Shown one piece after another: positions 1 to 13,794 of a DNA stretch of 64,000 bases; within the stretch, counting starts at the first letter, position 1; the number at the start of each line of letters is the position of its first letter. The DNA comes from Felis catus. Taxonomy: Eukaryota. The stretch spans positions 38,812,001 through 38,876,000 of the forward strand of contig NC_058381.1 of NCBI RefSeq assembly GCF_018350175.1, in the 5' to 3' direction. The notes beneath the pieces were generated by a model, which saw only the letters and a program-made list of their open reading frames with translations, did not search any database and had not been told where the DNA came from. The position numbers and the translations under genes are program-made.

Positions 1-117
1 AAAATCAGCAATTAAATAAAATATACATTCCAAATACATATATAAAGATGATCCACTACTAATCAAACATGTGCTATGAGAGTGATGATAAGCTACACTG
101 ACACTTTTCAAACTGTG

Positions 118-282
118 GGCAAGGCTGATAAGATTTCAATGTGCACAAGAATTCCCTAGGAACCTTGTTAAAATGCAGATTTTAATTCAGCAAGTCTGGC
201 CTAAGATTCTGCATTTGTAACAACTGCCAGATGTTGCTGATGCTGATCCACAGATTATATTTAGATTGGCAAGGGTCTAAAG
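118..282. mobile_element. Degenerate MER5-like hAT-Charlie MITE
   Basis: Contains 'cttgttaaaatgcagatt...ctgcatttgtaac...tgctgatgctg', typical of the MER5 core. Boundaries approximate. Confidence 0.5.
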
Positions 283-462
283 GATACCTGTAAATGATTT
301 ATGAACTAAGATAAACATTTGCTAGACCTCAACTTTGTGTCTAGTACTATACAAGATGATTTTCATAAACATTATCTTATTTAGGCTGTGGCTGTTCTCT
401 TGTAGTACAGTAAACTTAGAAAGATTCTCAACCTAATCTATCAAGGCCAAGTGTCTTCCTTT

Positions 463-891
463 TATTTTTATTTTTTATTTTTAATTTTTTGCATCTCACA
501 GTTACATCTATTCATGCCACAAAGGAAACAACATGTCTACAAGTGTACAGCGATGTTCACGTTTCTATCCAACAGAGCACAGAACTAACTTACTGAGATT
601 TATAGACAGACTGATGTTCCAGCTGATGTGTATTCCAAGTAAAACTGGTTAATGATGACCATAAGCAAGTGCAGGACTCAAAGTTTTCAAAGCTTTATTT
701 CTTTTATAATCATTCCCGATTTTATAAACAATGAAGCCCATCAACTCCATTCCTCCCCAAATCTCCTGGTACACTTGGGTATAGTAGGGCTTCATGGGGA
801 CCCAAACATTTTTAAAAAGGCTTTGAAGCATCTTGGTGAAAGACCCCCAGCTCAGACCACTCTGATGCACACAGTCAATGACTCAGAAAAA
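463..891 (-). pseudogene. ATP5MJ: Processed retrocopy of ATP5MJ (ATP5MPL/C14orf2, 6.8-kDa ATP synthase proteolipid); ORF 831-649, 60 aa
   Basis: Intronless [63 protein letters not shown]. Poly(A) remnant appears as a T-rich tract at ~460-490. Degenerate TSD aagtgtcttccttt (449-462) / aagtgttccccttt (892-905). Confidence 0.9.
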
Positions 892-2434
892 AAGTGTTCC
901 CCTTTTAGAAAAAATATTTTGTAATACCTCTTTTATCATCATGAATTAAATATAACCTATCCACACAGGTGAGTTTTTTTAATAAAGCCCCAACTGTCAT
1001 ATAAAGATAAAAAAATAACAAAATAATTTGTCTTTCAATATGTAAATATACCAGCACAATCATTCTAGAAAACATAATATTATTGTAGTCAGATATATTT
1101 GTAGAGTCACCATGAATGTAAGGGCTAAAAATGCAGAAGGATACAGGTTGCATCAATAATGGCAAAAGAGTCTTGGCTCTCAACATAACAAAGAATCATC
1201 TTCTCTTCATTTATATAGTAGTTGCATTGCTAGACAATTTAGGCTGTATTAAAACCATCCAAAAATACTTCATGTTTATACATAAAATGGAGTTAGGTTC
1301 TGGCAGTCATTAGACATAAAATGTTACTAAGTTTCAGAAAAAGGGATAAATTCCAACCTGGAATGAAGAATGGCTTCCTAAAAGGAATGGCATTTGTGAT
1401 GGAACATAATGGATGAATGAGGATTTCAGTGGGATTGTGGTGATAGTAACAGTGTTGGGAAATCAGGAGAAGTTGGTTTGGATTGGAGAGACAGACAATG
1501 AGTTAATTTTTGGACTTGTTGGGTTTGAACAACATTAGAAAAATGGGGAGTTAGGAAAAGTAATGCATGTTCAGGGAATACTAAGCAGTCCAGAATAACA
1601 TTAGAGGACAAACGTTACCTCTGACAAGGTATATTGAAGCTACATTGTGGATTATCTTAAATGCCTTACTAAGAAATCCTTAAAATGGTTTTTTTCAGTA
1701 GGGGAGTGACCTGATATTCTAGGAAGATCATTCTGGCAGCAATCTTCAAAATGGATGGATTGAAGGAGGTAAGTCTATATACAGGGTTACCAGCAGAAAA
1801 AAACATGTAACAGTCTGAATGGATAGTTTTCAAAATGTTTTCTATGGAACTCCAGGGTTCCAGAGGGCTGCCACAGGTGCTCATCTGTGTCAGGAGAAGG
1901 AAAGGGCCAGCAGCTAGGTAGGCCTAGCAGTAGTCTCTTGCCTTCTCCCTCCTCTTAACTGGAACATCACACTTGCATCTGTCCCACGTAATATTTTTGT
2001 ACACAAGGGGATTCTGTTGATAAAAACAAATTTTTTCCTGTTTTTGTGTCTTATCCAAATTCTTATTTAACTGTGAGCATGACCATGGAATATTTCAAGG
2101 AGCCATCATATAATCATCAGTGTCACTGTATAGAGTACTAGCTACAAGATCTAAGAGCCATTACATTAATTCTTAATATCAACTTTTTAAAATCATTATG
2201 TGTCTCCATCCCTAAATTAGATTACCTGTAAAAATTCTCCAGGTTTTCTTAGGTTTGGGGCAAACAGGACTATATTAGGTCATTGATGTCTGCAATGGAA
2301 AACTGTGGAGTCCTTTGAGAATCTCCAAATTTCTTTTATTGAGATGTGCATTGAGGCTGTTGGCTAGGATAATACATAAACTATATACTTGTGTACTCTG
2401 GTCTCTCAGTCCTACTAATTTAAATTTGAGGTAG

Positions 2435-3838
2435 ATGGCACAAGAACAGACACTCAGATCAATGGAACAGAATAGAGAACCCAGAAATGGACCCACAAAT
2501 GTATGGCCAACCAATCTTTGACAAAGCAGGAAAGAATATCCAATGGAATAAAGACAGTCTCTTCAGCAACTGGTGCTGGAAAAACTGGACAGTGACATGC
2601 AGAAAAATGAACCTGGATCACTTTCTTACACCATACACAAAAATAAACTCAAAATGGACGAAAGACCTAAATGTAAGACAGGAAGCCATCAAAATCCTCT
2701 TGGAAAAAGCAGGCATAAACCTCTCTGACCTTGGCTGCAGCAACTTCTTACTCTGGAAGCAAGAGTAAGAAGGGAGGCAAGGGAAACAAAAGCAAAGATG
2801 AACTACTGNNNNNNNNNNNNNNNNNNNNNNNNNNNNNNNNNNNNNNNNNNNNNNNNNNNNNNNNNNNNNNNNNNNNNNNNNNNNNNNNNNNNNNNNNNNN
2901 NNNNNNNNNNNNNNNNNNNNNNNNNNNNNNNNNNNNNNNNNNNNNNNNNNNNNNNNNNNNNNCAAAAAGTAAATAATCCAGTGAAGAAATGGGCAAAAGA
3001 CATGAATAGACACTTCTCCAAGGAAGGCATCCAGATGGCCAACCGACACATGAAAAAATGCTCAACATCACTCATCCCCAGGGAAATATAAATCAAAACC
3101 ACCATGAGATACCACCTCACACCTGTCAGAATGGCTAACANNNNNNNNNNNNNNNNNNNNNNNNNNNNNNNNNNNNNNNNNNNNNNNNNNNNNNNNNNNN
3201 NNNNNNNNNNNNNNNNNNNNNNNNNNNNNNNNNNNNNNNNNNNNNNNNNNNNNNNNNNNNNNNNNNNNNNNNNNNNNNNNNNNNNNNNNNNNNNNNNNGC
3301 ACTACGAGGTATTTATCCAAGGGATACAGGTATGCTGTTTCAAAGGGGCACGTGCACCCCAATGTTTATAGCAGCAATATCAACAATAGCCAAAGTATGG
3401 AAAGAGCCCAAATGTCCATCAACTGGTGAATGGTTAAAGAAGATTTGGTTTATATATACAATGGAGTATTACTCCGGATGAAAAAGAATGAAATCTTGCC
3501 ATTTGCAACTATGTGGATGGAACTGGAGGGTATTATGCTAAGTGAAATTAGTCAGAGAAAGACAAATATCCTATGACTTCATTCATATGAGGACTTTAAG
3601 ATGCAAAACAGATGAACATAAGGGAAGCAAAAATAATATAAAAACAGGGAGGGGACAAAACATAAGAGACTCTTAAATATGGAGAACACACAGAGTGTTA
3701 CTGGAGGGGTTGTGGGAGGGGGGATGGGCTAAATGGGTAAGGGGCATTAAGGAATCTACTCCTGAAATCATTGTTGCACTATATGCTAACTAACTTGGAT
3801 GTAAATTAAAAAAATAAAATAAATTAAATTTAAAAAAA
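2435..3838 (+). mobile_element. 5'-truncated carnivore LINE-1 (ORF2 C-terminus, 3'UTR, A-rich tail), disrupted
   Basis: ORF2-like peptides ([25 protein letters not shown]; CTPMFIAAISTIAKVWKEPKCPS) and an A-rich tail at ~3808-3838. Contains N gaps at 2809-2962 and 3141-3298. Confidence 0.9.
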
Positions 3839-4914
3839 CCAAGTAGGATATATAAATAACTTCTTCAAATCAGTAAGAAAAAAGAGAACCCAATTTAAAA
3901 ATGTGCAAAAAAAAGGTGAGATAGGACTTTTATATACATTACCCTATTTAAACCTTTACAAAAGCCCTAACATTTACAAATTTCCACATATTATTGTATT
4001 CCTTCAGGATCACTCACAAAGAGTCAAAACAACAGGTTATATTCACAAATGCCAAGTGTCTATCTTCTACTGGATTATTGTTTATCAAACAAGCTCACAA
4101 TCTTATTTCTACAATGCATGAAAAATGTTAAAATAATGACTCATCCTAAATTGTTCACCCACTGAATTTTGTTTTTATGGTAGTAAGCAGAAGTGTGTTG
4201 GTTAGAATGGTCCATAAAGTCTTTTGTCCTGCTGAAATAATTCTCAAACCAAGACAGGTAGCAAATCGGTGGTTTACACCAGTTATGAATAACTTCTCTC
4301 ATTTGGTCCCCTTGAATCCACTGGCACACAACTGCTTTAGACAAATATCTCATGCAGCCCAATGGGCCAGCTATTTCTCAAGGTCTGAATGGTACAACAT
4401 AACATCTACAGTACCAAAATGAAGTTAGGAAGCTTAGCCTTAACAAAGGAAGTTGTAGAACCAAGGGAAAAGGAGTTTAATTTCTGACAATCACAACTTA
4501 CAGAACTTGCTGAATCTTAGACAATACTGGCTTCCAGAGACTACTTAGTTAAAAAGCATCTATTTCTATCCCAGGAGTTTTTAAAATTTTTTTTGAAGAG
4601 AGACTTCATTTTTCAAATGAAATCTTACAGAGATTGCCATACATAAAATACATAGAGGAGTATCTTAGTAGTATACAGTATAGTAAGTTCAAATATGTAA
4701 TAATTACCAAAAGGTCAAACAATGAGAACAATATGCCTTTTAATAAAAACTAAAAATCTATAGATATGGATAAAACTTACAGCTTTATATCAGCATCAAC
4801 ACATACATTATTCTATATTTTGTCTTGTCAATATGAAAAAAATGAAGATGCATATATATATAAAAACTGTTACCACTTGCAAGAGTTTCACCTTATTATT
4901 TCAGGAGAGTTTGT

Positions 4915-5052
4915 TTGTTTGTTTGTTTGTTTGTCTAGTAGGCTTCACATGCAGCACAGAGCCCAGCACAGGGCTTGAATTTATGACCCTGAGATGAAGA
5001 CTAGAGCTGAGATCGAGTCAGATGATTAAGTGACTGAGCCACCCAAGCACCT
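4915..5052 (-). mobile_element. Short CAN-SINE
   Basis: Ends 'gactgagccacccaagcacc' (reverse complement of the SINE head), with a (tgtt)n tail. Confidence 0.7.
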
Positions 5053-8000
5053 GTATTTCAGAATAGTTTTTAAACTATCTTTGTTTCAAAGTTGAATCAC
5101 TCAAAATATTTAACAATTCTTCACATTCTTTAACTCTGAACATAAAAATAAGACAAGAAGTACCCCCAACACTTACAATAAGTATTTTAAAAATTTGTAA
5201 TATATAATCATGATGTGTTTTTTTTGTTATTGAGCAGTTGGTTACTACACTGTAACAAAAGCATGTCCCAACCACCTTAGCCTGAGCCTTTATAGGTACT
5301 TAATTAAACACAGGGAATAGAAGAGTTAATGATGTTCTTAATTCAATAATTTTACATGAGCAAATATGCACAGGAAAAAAACCAAGAGTGCAGGACCGTA
5401 ATCTTACTCATCACATTTATAAAATGCTAATATTTCAAAGAGTTTCAAAGAGTTGATTAAAAAAAGTTTCACTTTGAGGTCAGAGTATAAATTTATACAT
5501 TGATAATCTTCAACACATTAAAATTTGGTAAATGATACTCATGAAAGTCAAATGAAATTTAAATCAAGTTAGCCTCTGATGCACATACATGGTACTGTCT
5601 ATACTGCATGCAAGCATAAAATCAACTATTAATGAGTATTAGCAAGTCCTTTCCTAATTACAGAGATAAAGATAGATAGCAAAAATGATTAGTTGTTAAA
5701 TATTATAAAAATTAGTTACTTAGTTTTCAGACTGGAGCTATTATTATATATTAACTATGATGTAATTCCACATCTATAAAAATGTTTGTAGGTTTGTGAG
5801 CATGATCTTTTTCATATCCACAGCCTACATGACTACTATTACAGGAAACTCTTCTGATGTGCCAAATATTCTGATAAGTTAATAGTCTCTCAAATAGATA
5901 TCACTTTGCAAGTGAACTGATAAGCTGTATTAGAGAACTCAAATTAAGTAAAGTATATTATTGTCAACTTTAAGAATCAAAACATTTGTTGTGAAAAATG
6001 GTTTATTGTGGAAAGTGCAGTGCTTCGTTGACATAAAGAATGCTGCAAAAATTTTAAACAAATCCATAAGTTAGAGGGCACTATATTATTTTGCCCAGAG
6101 TAGAGTCAATATTGGATTAGAAAAAGATGGTACTATTCATATTGTTAGATTTAGCCAACATTCCAGACTCTTCTACCAAACCTTTTACAGTACCTCTGAC
6201 AAATTAACCAGCATAATTAACTAGTTTCAATGTCATTATTTTCTTTACTCTCTTTGCCCTAAAAGCTGAACAAATAAATAATCAAATGACGAAACACACA
6301 GGCAACTCATTCATTAATTTGTTCAATAAATATGACTGTTGTTGTACTATGTGCTGAGGAATGGGCTGATGATAAAAAATATGCCTATGCTTTGGAACCT
6401 GACAGTCTAGGAAGGGCTACAGGTATGTTAACAACCAAAATAAGCAAGAAATCTAGTTAAGTAATCTTTTAGATAATTAGGAGTTATAACTAAAAAATGT
6501 AGCTTTGTATTGTTTCATCAGTGATGCTACTGAAATGTTTTCAATTTCTCTTATTTTAAAAAGTTTCCTTTATAAACCCACAAATAATCTGAGGTACCAA
6601 AAATTTCATCTCTAAGAACATACATTAACAAATACAATTTGTAATATGCTGTCAATTCTATTGATACAAAAAGTCAGGAGGTAAGTGGATTTTGAATTTT
6701 TGACAATGAGTGAAGAGTATTGTTCCATTAATACATTTTATTCTGTTTCATATCTTTTATTAAACACTTACTTTTTATGTCTTTTAGATGAAACACATAT
6801 CTAATATAATATGGTATCAACTCCACACTATTTCGATTTACTCTACAACACTTTGGACTCTAAGAACTTTAATTTTGGATGCAGAAAGCAGATTTCAATT
6901 AAGACTGAAAAAATTATTCATAATCACTGGGGATTAAAGTATTTTGATAGGTTATATAGTAATAATAACTGGTATACATAGGTTACATTTCAAATAATCT
7001 ACATATAATATAAATATAATTGTTTCATTATTTCATCTTTTTTTAGTGATTCAAAAGGCCTTAGAGCCATCCTTATGCTTTTTAATTATTATAAATATAC
7101 CAGCTAATGAGTTATATTTTTAAAAAGCTAGATAGCAGAATGCACTCTATATCCCTGTGATGTTTAGAATCTCTTTTCACAATAATTAATGAACCCTTAG
7201 CATGAAAACATCATTTATTGAGCACCTACTACAGGCAAGTTTCTGTATTAATCACTCAGTTCTTCTCATACATGGTCTACATTGAATGTCTGATAAAAGA
7301 TCTATGACTAACATTTTAGTACTAAATAAGTGAGTATATACAGTTAATATATTGACAAGTTTATAATAATGTATTAAAAAGGTATTACTGGAAAGTTGTA
7401 TGCTAATTTTACAGTGTCATTTCTATCTTACTGACTGAGAAAGCAAATTTCTGTTCATATTTGATTCATATTTTAATAGACTTACATGTAATCCTGAAAT
7501 CTGCTGATGTATAGCTAATAGATAAGATTTTGCCTTAAGGCTAGTTTAGCCAAAAAAAAAATTTTTTTGTTTTCTCTGTTTTTTCTATTATACCATTTAA
7601 TTAAATACTTTAAAATTTTTCTGAGTTCTATCAAAGAATTGCTAGCACCAATCTCCTACTCATAGAAATTAATTGAATAAAAGGTGTCATATAAACATAA
7701 TGAAAATTACTTTTCAGCACTATTTTCTTAATTGAATGCAACAAACTGTGAGGGTCTTTTATGAACAGAAACCATTTCTGACACCGAGCACACAAAAATA
7801 AAACATACTCTCTGCCCTCTAAGAGCTTAAAGACCAGTGGGGTTAGAAACATTTAAAGCAATAAATACAACTGGCAGAAGTGTGTACAGAAAGGAAAGGA
7901 CCTTGGCCTAGGTGAAGGGAGGTGAGGGACCAGTAGGGAGACCACCAGAAGGCATCAGAGAAGGTCATCAGAAGGAGGGCACCTGCAGAGCGAAGGATGA

Positions 8001-10929
8001 GTAAGCATAACCAGGTAGAAAATGGGCTGAAAATCCTAGTGAAGACATGGAAGTGTGAAATAGCATATTGGATCATAGGAAGTACACACAGGAATTTTCT
8101 AAAATTATATTCTGTCATTTTTGTTCCTTTGAACTTTACCATTTCATCCTTCATATGCTCATAATGGAGGGCTAGTAAACTCCACCATTTGGAGGCTATA
8201 TCTCTGTAAAACTCAACCATCCAAAGCATAGAAAGGGACCTAGAAGTGAAAAATGGCTTCCACAAAAGCCATGTGATAAGAAGCAGAAGCTGACATCAAG
8301 GAAACAAAATTTGTTCAATAACCCTGGAATATTTAGTGTAGGGGCATTCAGCTCTGCACAGTTCAAATCCCCCATAAGAATATACTATAGAACATTACCT
8401 GATGGTCAGAATAGTGACTCAAGGTTACCAAGATAAAGTGATCTCTCGTGTACTTTGTTTATAAGACAGGGAGGGGGCTGTGTAATAAATACACTTAGAT
8501 CTCTACCCAGTATCATTTAAATAGAAAGGTTTTATATTAAATGAGAAACATGCCAATACCTATGAAATCCATTTTTGTGAACCACCTCATTTCTCAACCA
8601 TAACAAAAAGAAGAAGATACTGTTACTATAACACAAATAACAAAACTTAGCAACATCAAGAGTCTTTGGATAGAAAATACTTAGGATCAAAGATTGTGAG
8701 AAAAGAAAAAAGTTACAGCTTTTGATTTATTATATGCATTAACTTTTCATTTTTACATGACAAAATTTCAATTTCAAAGCTTATTTCATCTGAAATCATA
8801 ATAGAAAGTCTCAATAAACATCTATTGATGAATGAATTTTAAAAAGATTTTATATGTTGAAGGAATGACTAAACAGCTTCACATTTTACAATAAACTATA
8901 GCATGTTAATTTTACCACCAAATTAGGCAGAAAATAAAGGTATTCCATAAAGTATTCTACTTTCTTATACTACCAAGAAATGAGAGGTATACATTCCAGG
9001 TCAAATTTCTTTATATTGAGACCAAAATGTCAAGATAATATAAAAATATTTTAAATATCAAACACATGTACCAGATTAGTCAATCTCGGGTAAAGAACTA
9101 GATATTTTACTGCATCAAATACTCTGTCCTCAAGTAGCACAGCCAAATTCATATCATTAACCTTTTCTTTTCTTTCAAGTTTTTGCATTAAGCATACTAT
9201 ATACCATCCATCTCTATGGACCTATGAATTTAATCTAGACATATAAACTCACAGTTGATCACTGCCTATATTCCAGATTCCATCTCTTTCCATTTATAGT
9301 TTGTGCATTCTAAACCAAATTCTATACAAGTTTTCATTCCTTTCTTTTTCAGAGAGCCTTTATTCAGGCTTATCTAAAAGTCTTTGTTAAGGGCATTACT
9401 ATCCCAAATTATGCTATTTATTTAATAATTTCTTTATTTCACATTAAATAAATGAATCCAAGAGTATTAACATTTACAGGGAAACACTCTAGTTTCCATG
9501 GATTTACACTATTCTGCATGTTAGTCTGGAGAAGTGAAATGATTAGGAATAAGAAAAAAATAGTGTTGAATATTGATTTATGACTTCACAAAATAAATTC
9601 AGCAATTCATTTATAATAATTAAAGCATGAGAATTTTTAAAATTATTTTTTCATAGTGTACAGTGACCTAATTTTTTTTCCTGTTCTTGGTCAACAAAGC
9701 CTTTACATGTTAACAATTATACTTCATAGACCATTTTTAAAATATTCAGTGTCAATTTTAAGAGTTATTTTTTTAAACCCTAATAATTTAAAATTTTAAA
9801 AGCATAGTTTTTCATAAAACACTTGAAGCATTATTCATAATGGCTATTTAAAAGTTGTCATATCCATACTAAACACATACTGTTTATTGACTTATTGTTT
9901 GGCATTCTACTTAAAGAAAAAAAAATTTTATATGGGCCACAGCAGTTAGAAAAATTGTAAGCATACCCAGGTACAAACTGAGGATTCAGGACCACAATAT
10001 TGCACTTAATTATATTTTGAAGGAAAAAAATTCTGCCACATGTATCTTGTATCTCAAAGTAGTTAATTAAATTTAAATAACTTTATATACTCTAGATCTA
10101 GGGTTGCCAAAGATCAATTCATTATTATGAAAAAAAAAACCATGTTATTCATAATATTTATCAAATTAACATTTTAATTAGGTGTCAGTATCTCATTTAT
10201 TAAGAGAATGAATCCGTTTCTCACAAATTCTAGTTTTCCAAATATCAGCACCTTCCCCAACTTGAAATGCATTCCCCAACTTGAAAATCTTCCATTTTTC
10301 AGAGTGTAACAAACCCTTGTTGAAAAGTTTACAACAGTGGTGTGAAATTTTAGTTATCCCAAGTAAGTATATACTGAAATTTTTTGAGAAATGAGGATAG
10401 TTTCACGACTCTCAAAATTAATTCAAATGAAACTTTTTAATTGATCCTGGTTTTTGCTTTGGATAAAGGATCATTAGAAGATCGAGTTCCAAGTGAACCA
10501 CAAGTGCCAACCAGTTTAAAATTTGCCTTCCCCATATGACAGCATTTACTCTTAGAAGAAGAAAAACTGTTAAATTTAATTCTAAATAAGTCACTCAGGT
10601 TAGCCTGAATCCAATGGACACTGAGGCCATGGAAGAAAAAAAAATCCAAAAGAATCAATTATTCCAACCCAGGTTTGCTGCCATTTCAGGGACGCCCATA
10701 AGTACTCTTCCTCTGCAGACTTCGAGTTGAGCCCTCATGTCTGACAACCCTTAAGACATAAAATTGCGGAGAAGTTATCATTTCCCAAAGTTAGGTGGGG
10801 GTTGGGGGGGGGGGCAAAATGAGAGATGTTTAAGAACTACACGCTTTGCCCTCTGAAATGCCTCATATTTACTTTTGACAAAAGAAATAAATAGAAGCAA
10901 AACCGAGATTCAGAAGGTACTCTCTCTGC

Positions 10930-11250
10930 TGCGTGCACCGGTCGAGCTTTTCAAAGACCCCTTAGAAAAGAAGCGGGCTGGAGGCTCACCTTCCATCTCG
11001 CTGCCGGGCTGGGTTGGGCTGGAGCTGCCGCTCTGGCTACCCGGCCGCTCCACGTGCTCCTGCCGTCGCCGGGACGCAGCGCGCAGCTGGCGGGAGATTC
11101 CCGGCGCGGGGAGTCCCCGGGATCGCGCCGCCGCGTCGGCGCAGATTGAAAGGGGCAGGAGCGGGCGACCCGCCGGTGCACAGGGTTACAGCGGCGCTGG
11201 CTGGCGGCGGCTTTAAAGCACGTTCACCGCGGAGCGCCCGAGTTCCTCAC
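10930..11250 (-). promoter_or_regulatory. IKZF3: IKZF3 CpG-island promoter and 5'UTR
   Basis: CpG-dense GC-rich block in AT-rich surroundings, with TATA-like tttaaa at 11212-11217. Confidence 0.75.
10990..10996 (-). CDS. IKZF3: IKZF3 (Aiolos) first coding exon segment (ATG GAA G); intron 1 runs off the left end of the window
   Basis: Minus strand reads ggcagcgagATGGAAG|gtgagc, a 7-nt coding end of exon 1 (M-E-D start of Aiolos) inside a CpG island. Head-to-head with ZPBP2, matching the known synteny. Exon 2 was not found in the window. Confidence 0.85.
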
Positions 11251-11761
11251 CTCCAGCCCCTTTTTGAATGTCAAACCCGAGAACCCAGATAGGATGGAAA
11301 TGGCCCATCAGTAAATTGTCCCAAAGTGTCTAAGAAGGATAATGGATGGGAGCGTAATATATGGGGGAAGGGGGGCTCTGGATTGTTTCTTACAAGTTTA
11401 AGTTCAGAGAGGTTTGTCTTAAGTGTAACAAGATCTGGAACTTTTGGTCTAGATTGGGGGATGATAGCCATGAATACTATCAAAGAGAACACATTTCATT
11501 TGAAGTGTTCTGTTTTTCTTCTTCTGTTTTGCTTTTCACGTGATAATTCTTCGTCCAAGTTTTCAGAAAACTCTAAGTTCAAAAGGATTTGGGCACTTTT
11601 ATCAACTCGACTTTTTCATTTCGCGAAGCAAAAATTCTCTCACTTTTATTTTCCTGTCTGAGAACTGTTGCCACCACTCACAAAATACTATGCACTCTAT
11701 TTACGTGTGTTTATTTTCTATTACTCTGACTTCTTCAAAGGAGGATCTAAGACAGCTTACC

Positions 11762-11764
<3 letters not shown>

Positions 11765-11810
<46 letters not shown>
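11765..11810. repeat. (AC)23 microsatellite
   Basis: Direct reading. Confidence 0.95.
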
Positions 11811-11813
<3 letters not shown>

Positions 11814-12739
11814 CAGTATCAGAAAAGTAAGTAAAGTAAATAGAGCTAAGGGGGAGGGGGTGATAAGATAGTAAAATTAACTCAAAGATGTTACTGCACA
11901 AAAATGTACCGGTCAACATCTTTCCCCAACATCCCTCCCTCTTTATAGAGGTAAAGCACAAATTTGACTATAGGAAAAGGAAAGGGGAAGTGACCACATA
12001 ACAATATTTCAAAAGCAGAACTTTTCTTCACATTGAAGTCTAAGGGACATTGTTTTGGTGAATCCTTATAAAGATATCCATTGTTTTGAATTGGACAACA
12101 TGTGAATGATTCTCAAAAAGGCCACTTCCACCCTTGCTAGAAAATTACATTGTTAGTGTATATTTCAGACTTAAGGTTGGGAGTTTGTGCATCAGCAGAC
12201 CATATCAAAAGAAACCCACACTTACAAGTTAAAATATACATGTTGTAATTTTATGAATTTTAGTTTATTTTAAATATGCCTTGGTATAGGAGGCACACAC
12301 ACACATACATATAGGCATGTGTATCTATATACATACACATACATGTGTGGTGGGCAATTTTTCTTTAATGAGTAAATAAGTTGCATTGGCTTTGTTTTAA
12401 TATCATGACACCAGTGTGGTATCTCTGTAGCTTGTAGGGGTTGGAGTTCTACAGGATAGTGTCAATTTTGGAGAAATACTCTAAACACCAAGTCTAATTA
12501 TAGTATTGAAAGGGGAAATTTGTTGTTTGTTAGTTTCTAAAAGCAAAAATAGCACATCAAAAGTAGCAGAAGAGGAACTGTAAATTTTCAAGGGATGGTT
12601 TAAGGATGAATAGTTGTTTGGTTATTAAAAGGATGTAAAAACTTTTATTACACTTAGCAGTGGAACATGTTACTACTCTGTAAATTATTAGTTCAAAATG
12701 GAGTATTTCAGACTCAGAGAATGGCACTTAAGGGAATAG

Positions 12740-13460
12740 ATAAAAAGCAGATGCATGAAATAATTTACCTAGCTACTCCATCCTCAAGGAGGTGGATCAT
12801 AAATCCCCAATCCTTAAGTGTGGGCTGCACATAGTGAGTTCCTTCCAAAGTGCACAGTATGAAAGAGAGGAAAAAGAGTAACTTTCGAGTAGAGAAACCT
12901 GACAAACACTACCTTAGCCAGATGAGCAAGATAACATCAAGAGTGATAAAGCATGTTGGCAGTATGTATCCTTAATATGATGTGATGGGAATGGCACTTT
13001 ACCTCTATTGTCTTCCACCCCAGTACCTATAACCTTAGTATAATAATGAGAAACATCAGACAAATTCCAATAGAGAGGCATTCTGCAAAGTACCTAACCA
13101 GTGAAGGTCAGGTCAATGTCATCAAAATTGTCATTAACTGTCAAAGTTATCAAAAATAAGACATGTCTGAAAAACTGTCACAGCCAAGAAGAACCTAAGG
13201 AAACACGATGACTTAATGTACTATGGGATTCCGGAGCAGAAAAAAAGGGCATGAGGTAAAAACGAAGGAAACTAAATAAAGTACGTGCTTTATTTAATAG
13301 TAATGCATCAGCACTGGTTCATTAACTGTATGAAATGTACTGTACTAATGCAAGGTGGCAATAGGAGGGAAAACTAGGTGGGAGCACGTGAGAACTCTGT
13401 ACTATACTCCCCATCTTCCCATAAATCTAAAACTGTTTTAAAATTAAAAGTTTATTTTAG
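12740..13460 (+). mobile_element. Ancient L1 (L1MC/MB-like) 3' end fragment
   Basis: Homologous to 48965-49385 ('gtagagaaacctgacaaacactacc...aaaactgtcacagccaaga'). Subfamily from recollection. Confidence 0.65.
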
Positions 13461-13727
13461 AAGAATGGACACGTACTTTCAGCAAACAACCACGACTCGT
13501 TTAGTTTAGTCTCTCCTCACAGTAAAGTTTATCACACAGGATTTACAAGGATCGATTTACTTATAATAACTGGGAAGCTACCAAAGGTACTTTGACTAAC
13601 ACTGGAAAGTCAAACTACTAGGGAATTAAAGATAATGCCTAAATCTGTCTCCACTATCACCACCTTAAGAAAGGAACAGTTGAGACTAAACCATGAATCT
13701 AGACACAGTAACTGACATGGGTGGATC

Positions 13728-13794
13728 TGACTCACTGAGTCACATTTCATGGCTTCAGCTATGTAGGTATAATTAACAGTGACTCAAAATGAAA
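13728..13794. promoter_or_regulatory. Candidate AP-1 / AP-1-IRF composite (AICE1) enhancer
   Basis: TGACTCA-c-TGAGTCA at 13728-13742 and TGACTCA-aaat-GAAA at 13780-13794. Confidence 0.55.

Noticed and set aside
2487-3481. Active L1 ORF2
   Set aside because: 5'-truncated with frame breaks. The long X-containing ORFs arise from N gaps.
10253-10288. Short direct repeats (ttccccaacttgaaa x2; also tttcaaagag x2 near 5434 and gataactttgg x2 near 15634)
   Set aside because: Two-copy local slippage duplications with no array or spacer structure. There is no CRISPR-like array in this eukaryotic window.
10875-11292. Overlapping ORFs in the IKZF3 CpG island (likewise at the ZPBP2 and ORMDL3 islands)
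   Set aside because: Expected stop-codon depletion in GC-rich DNA. Only the 7-nt IKZF3 start is supported.
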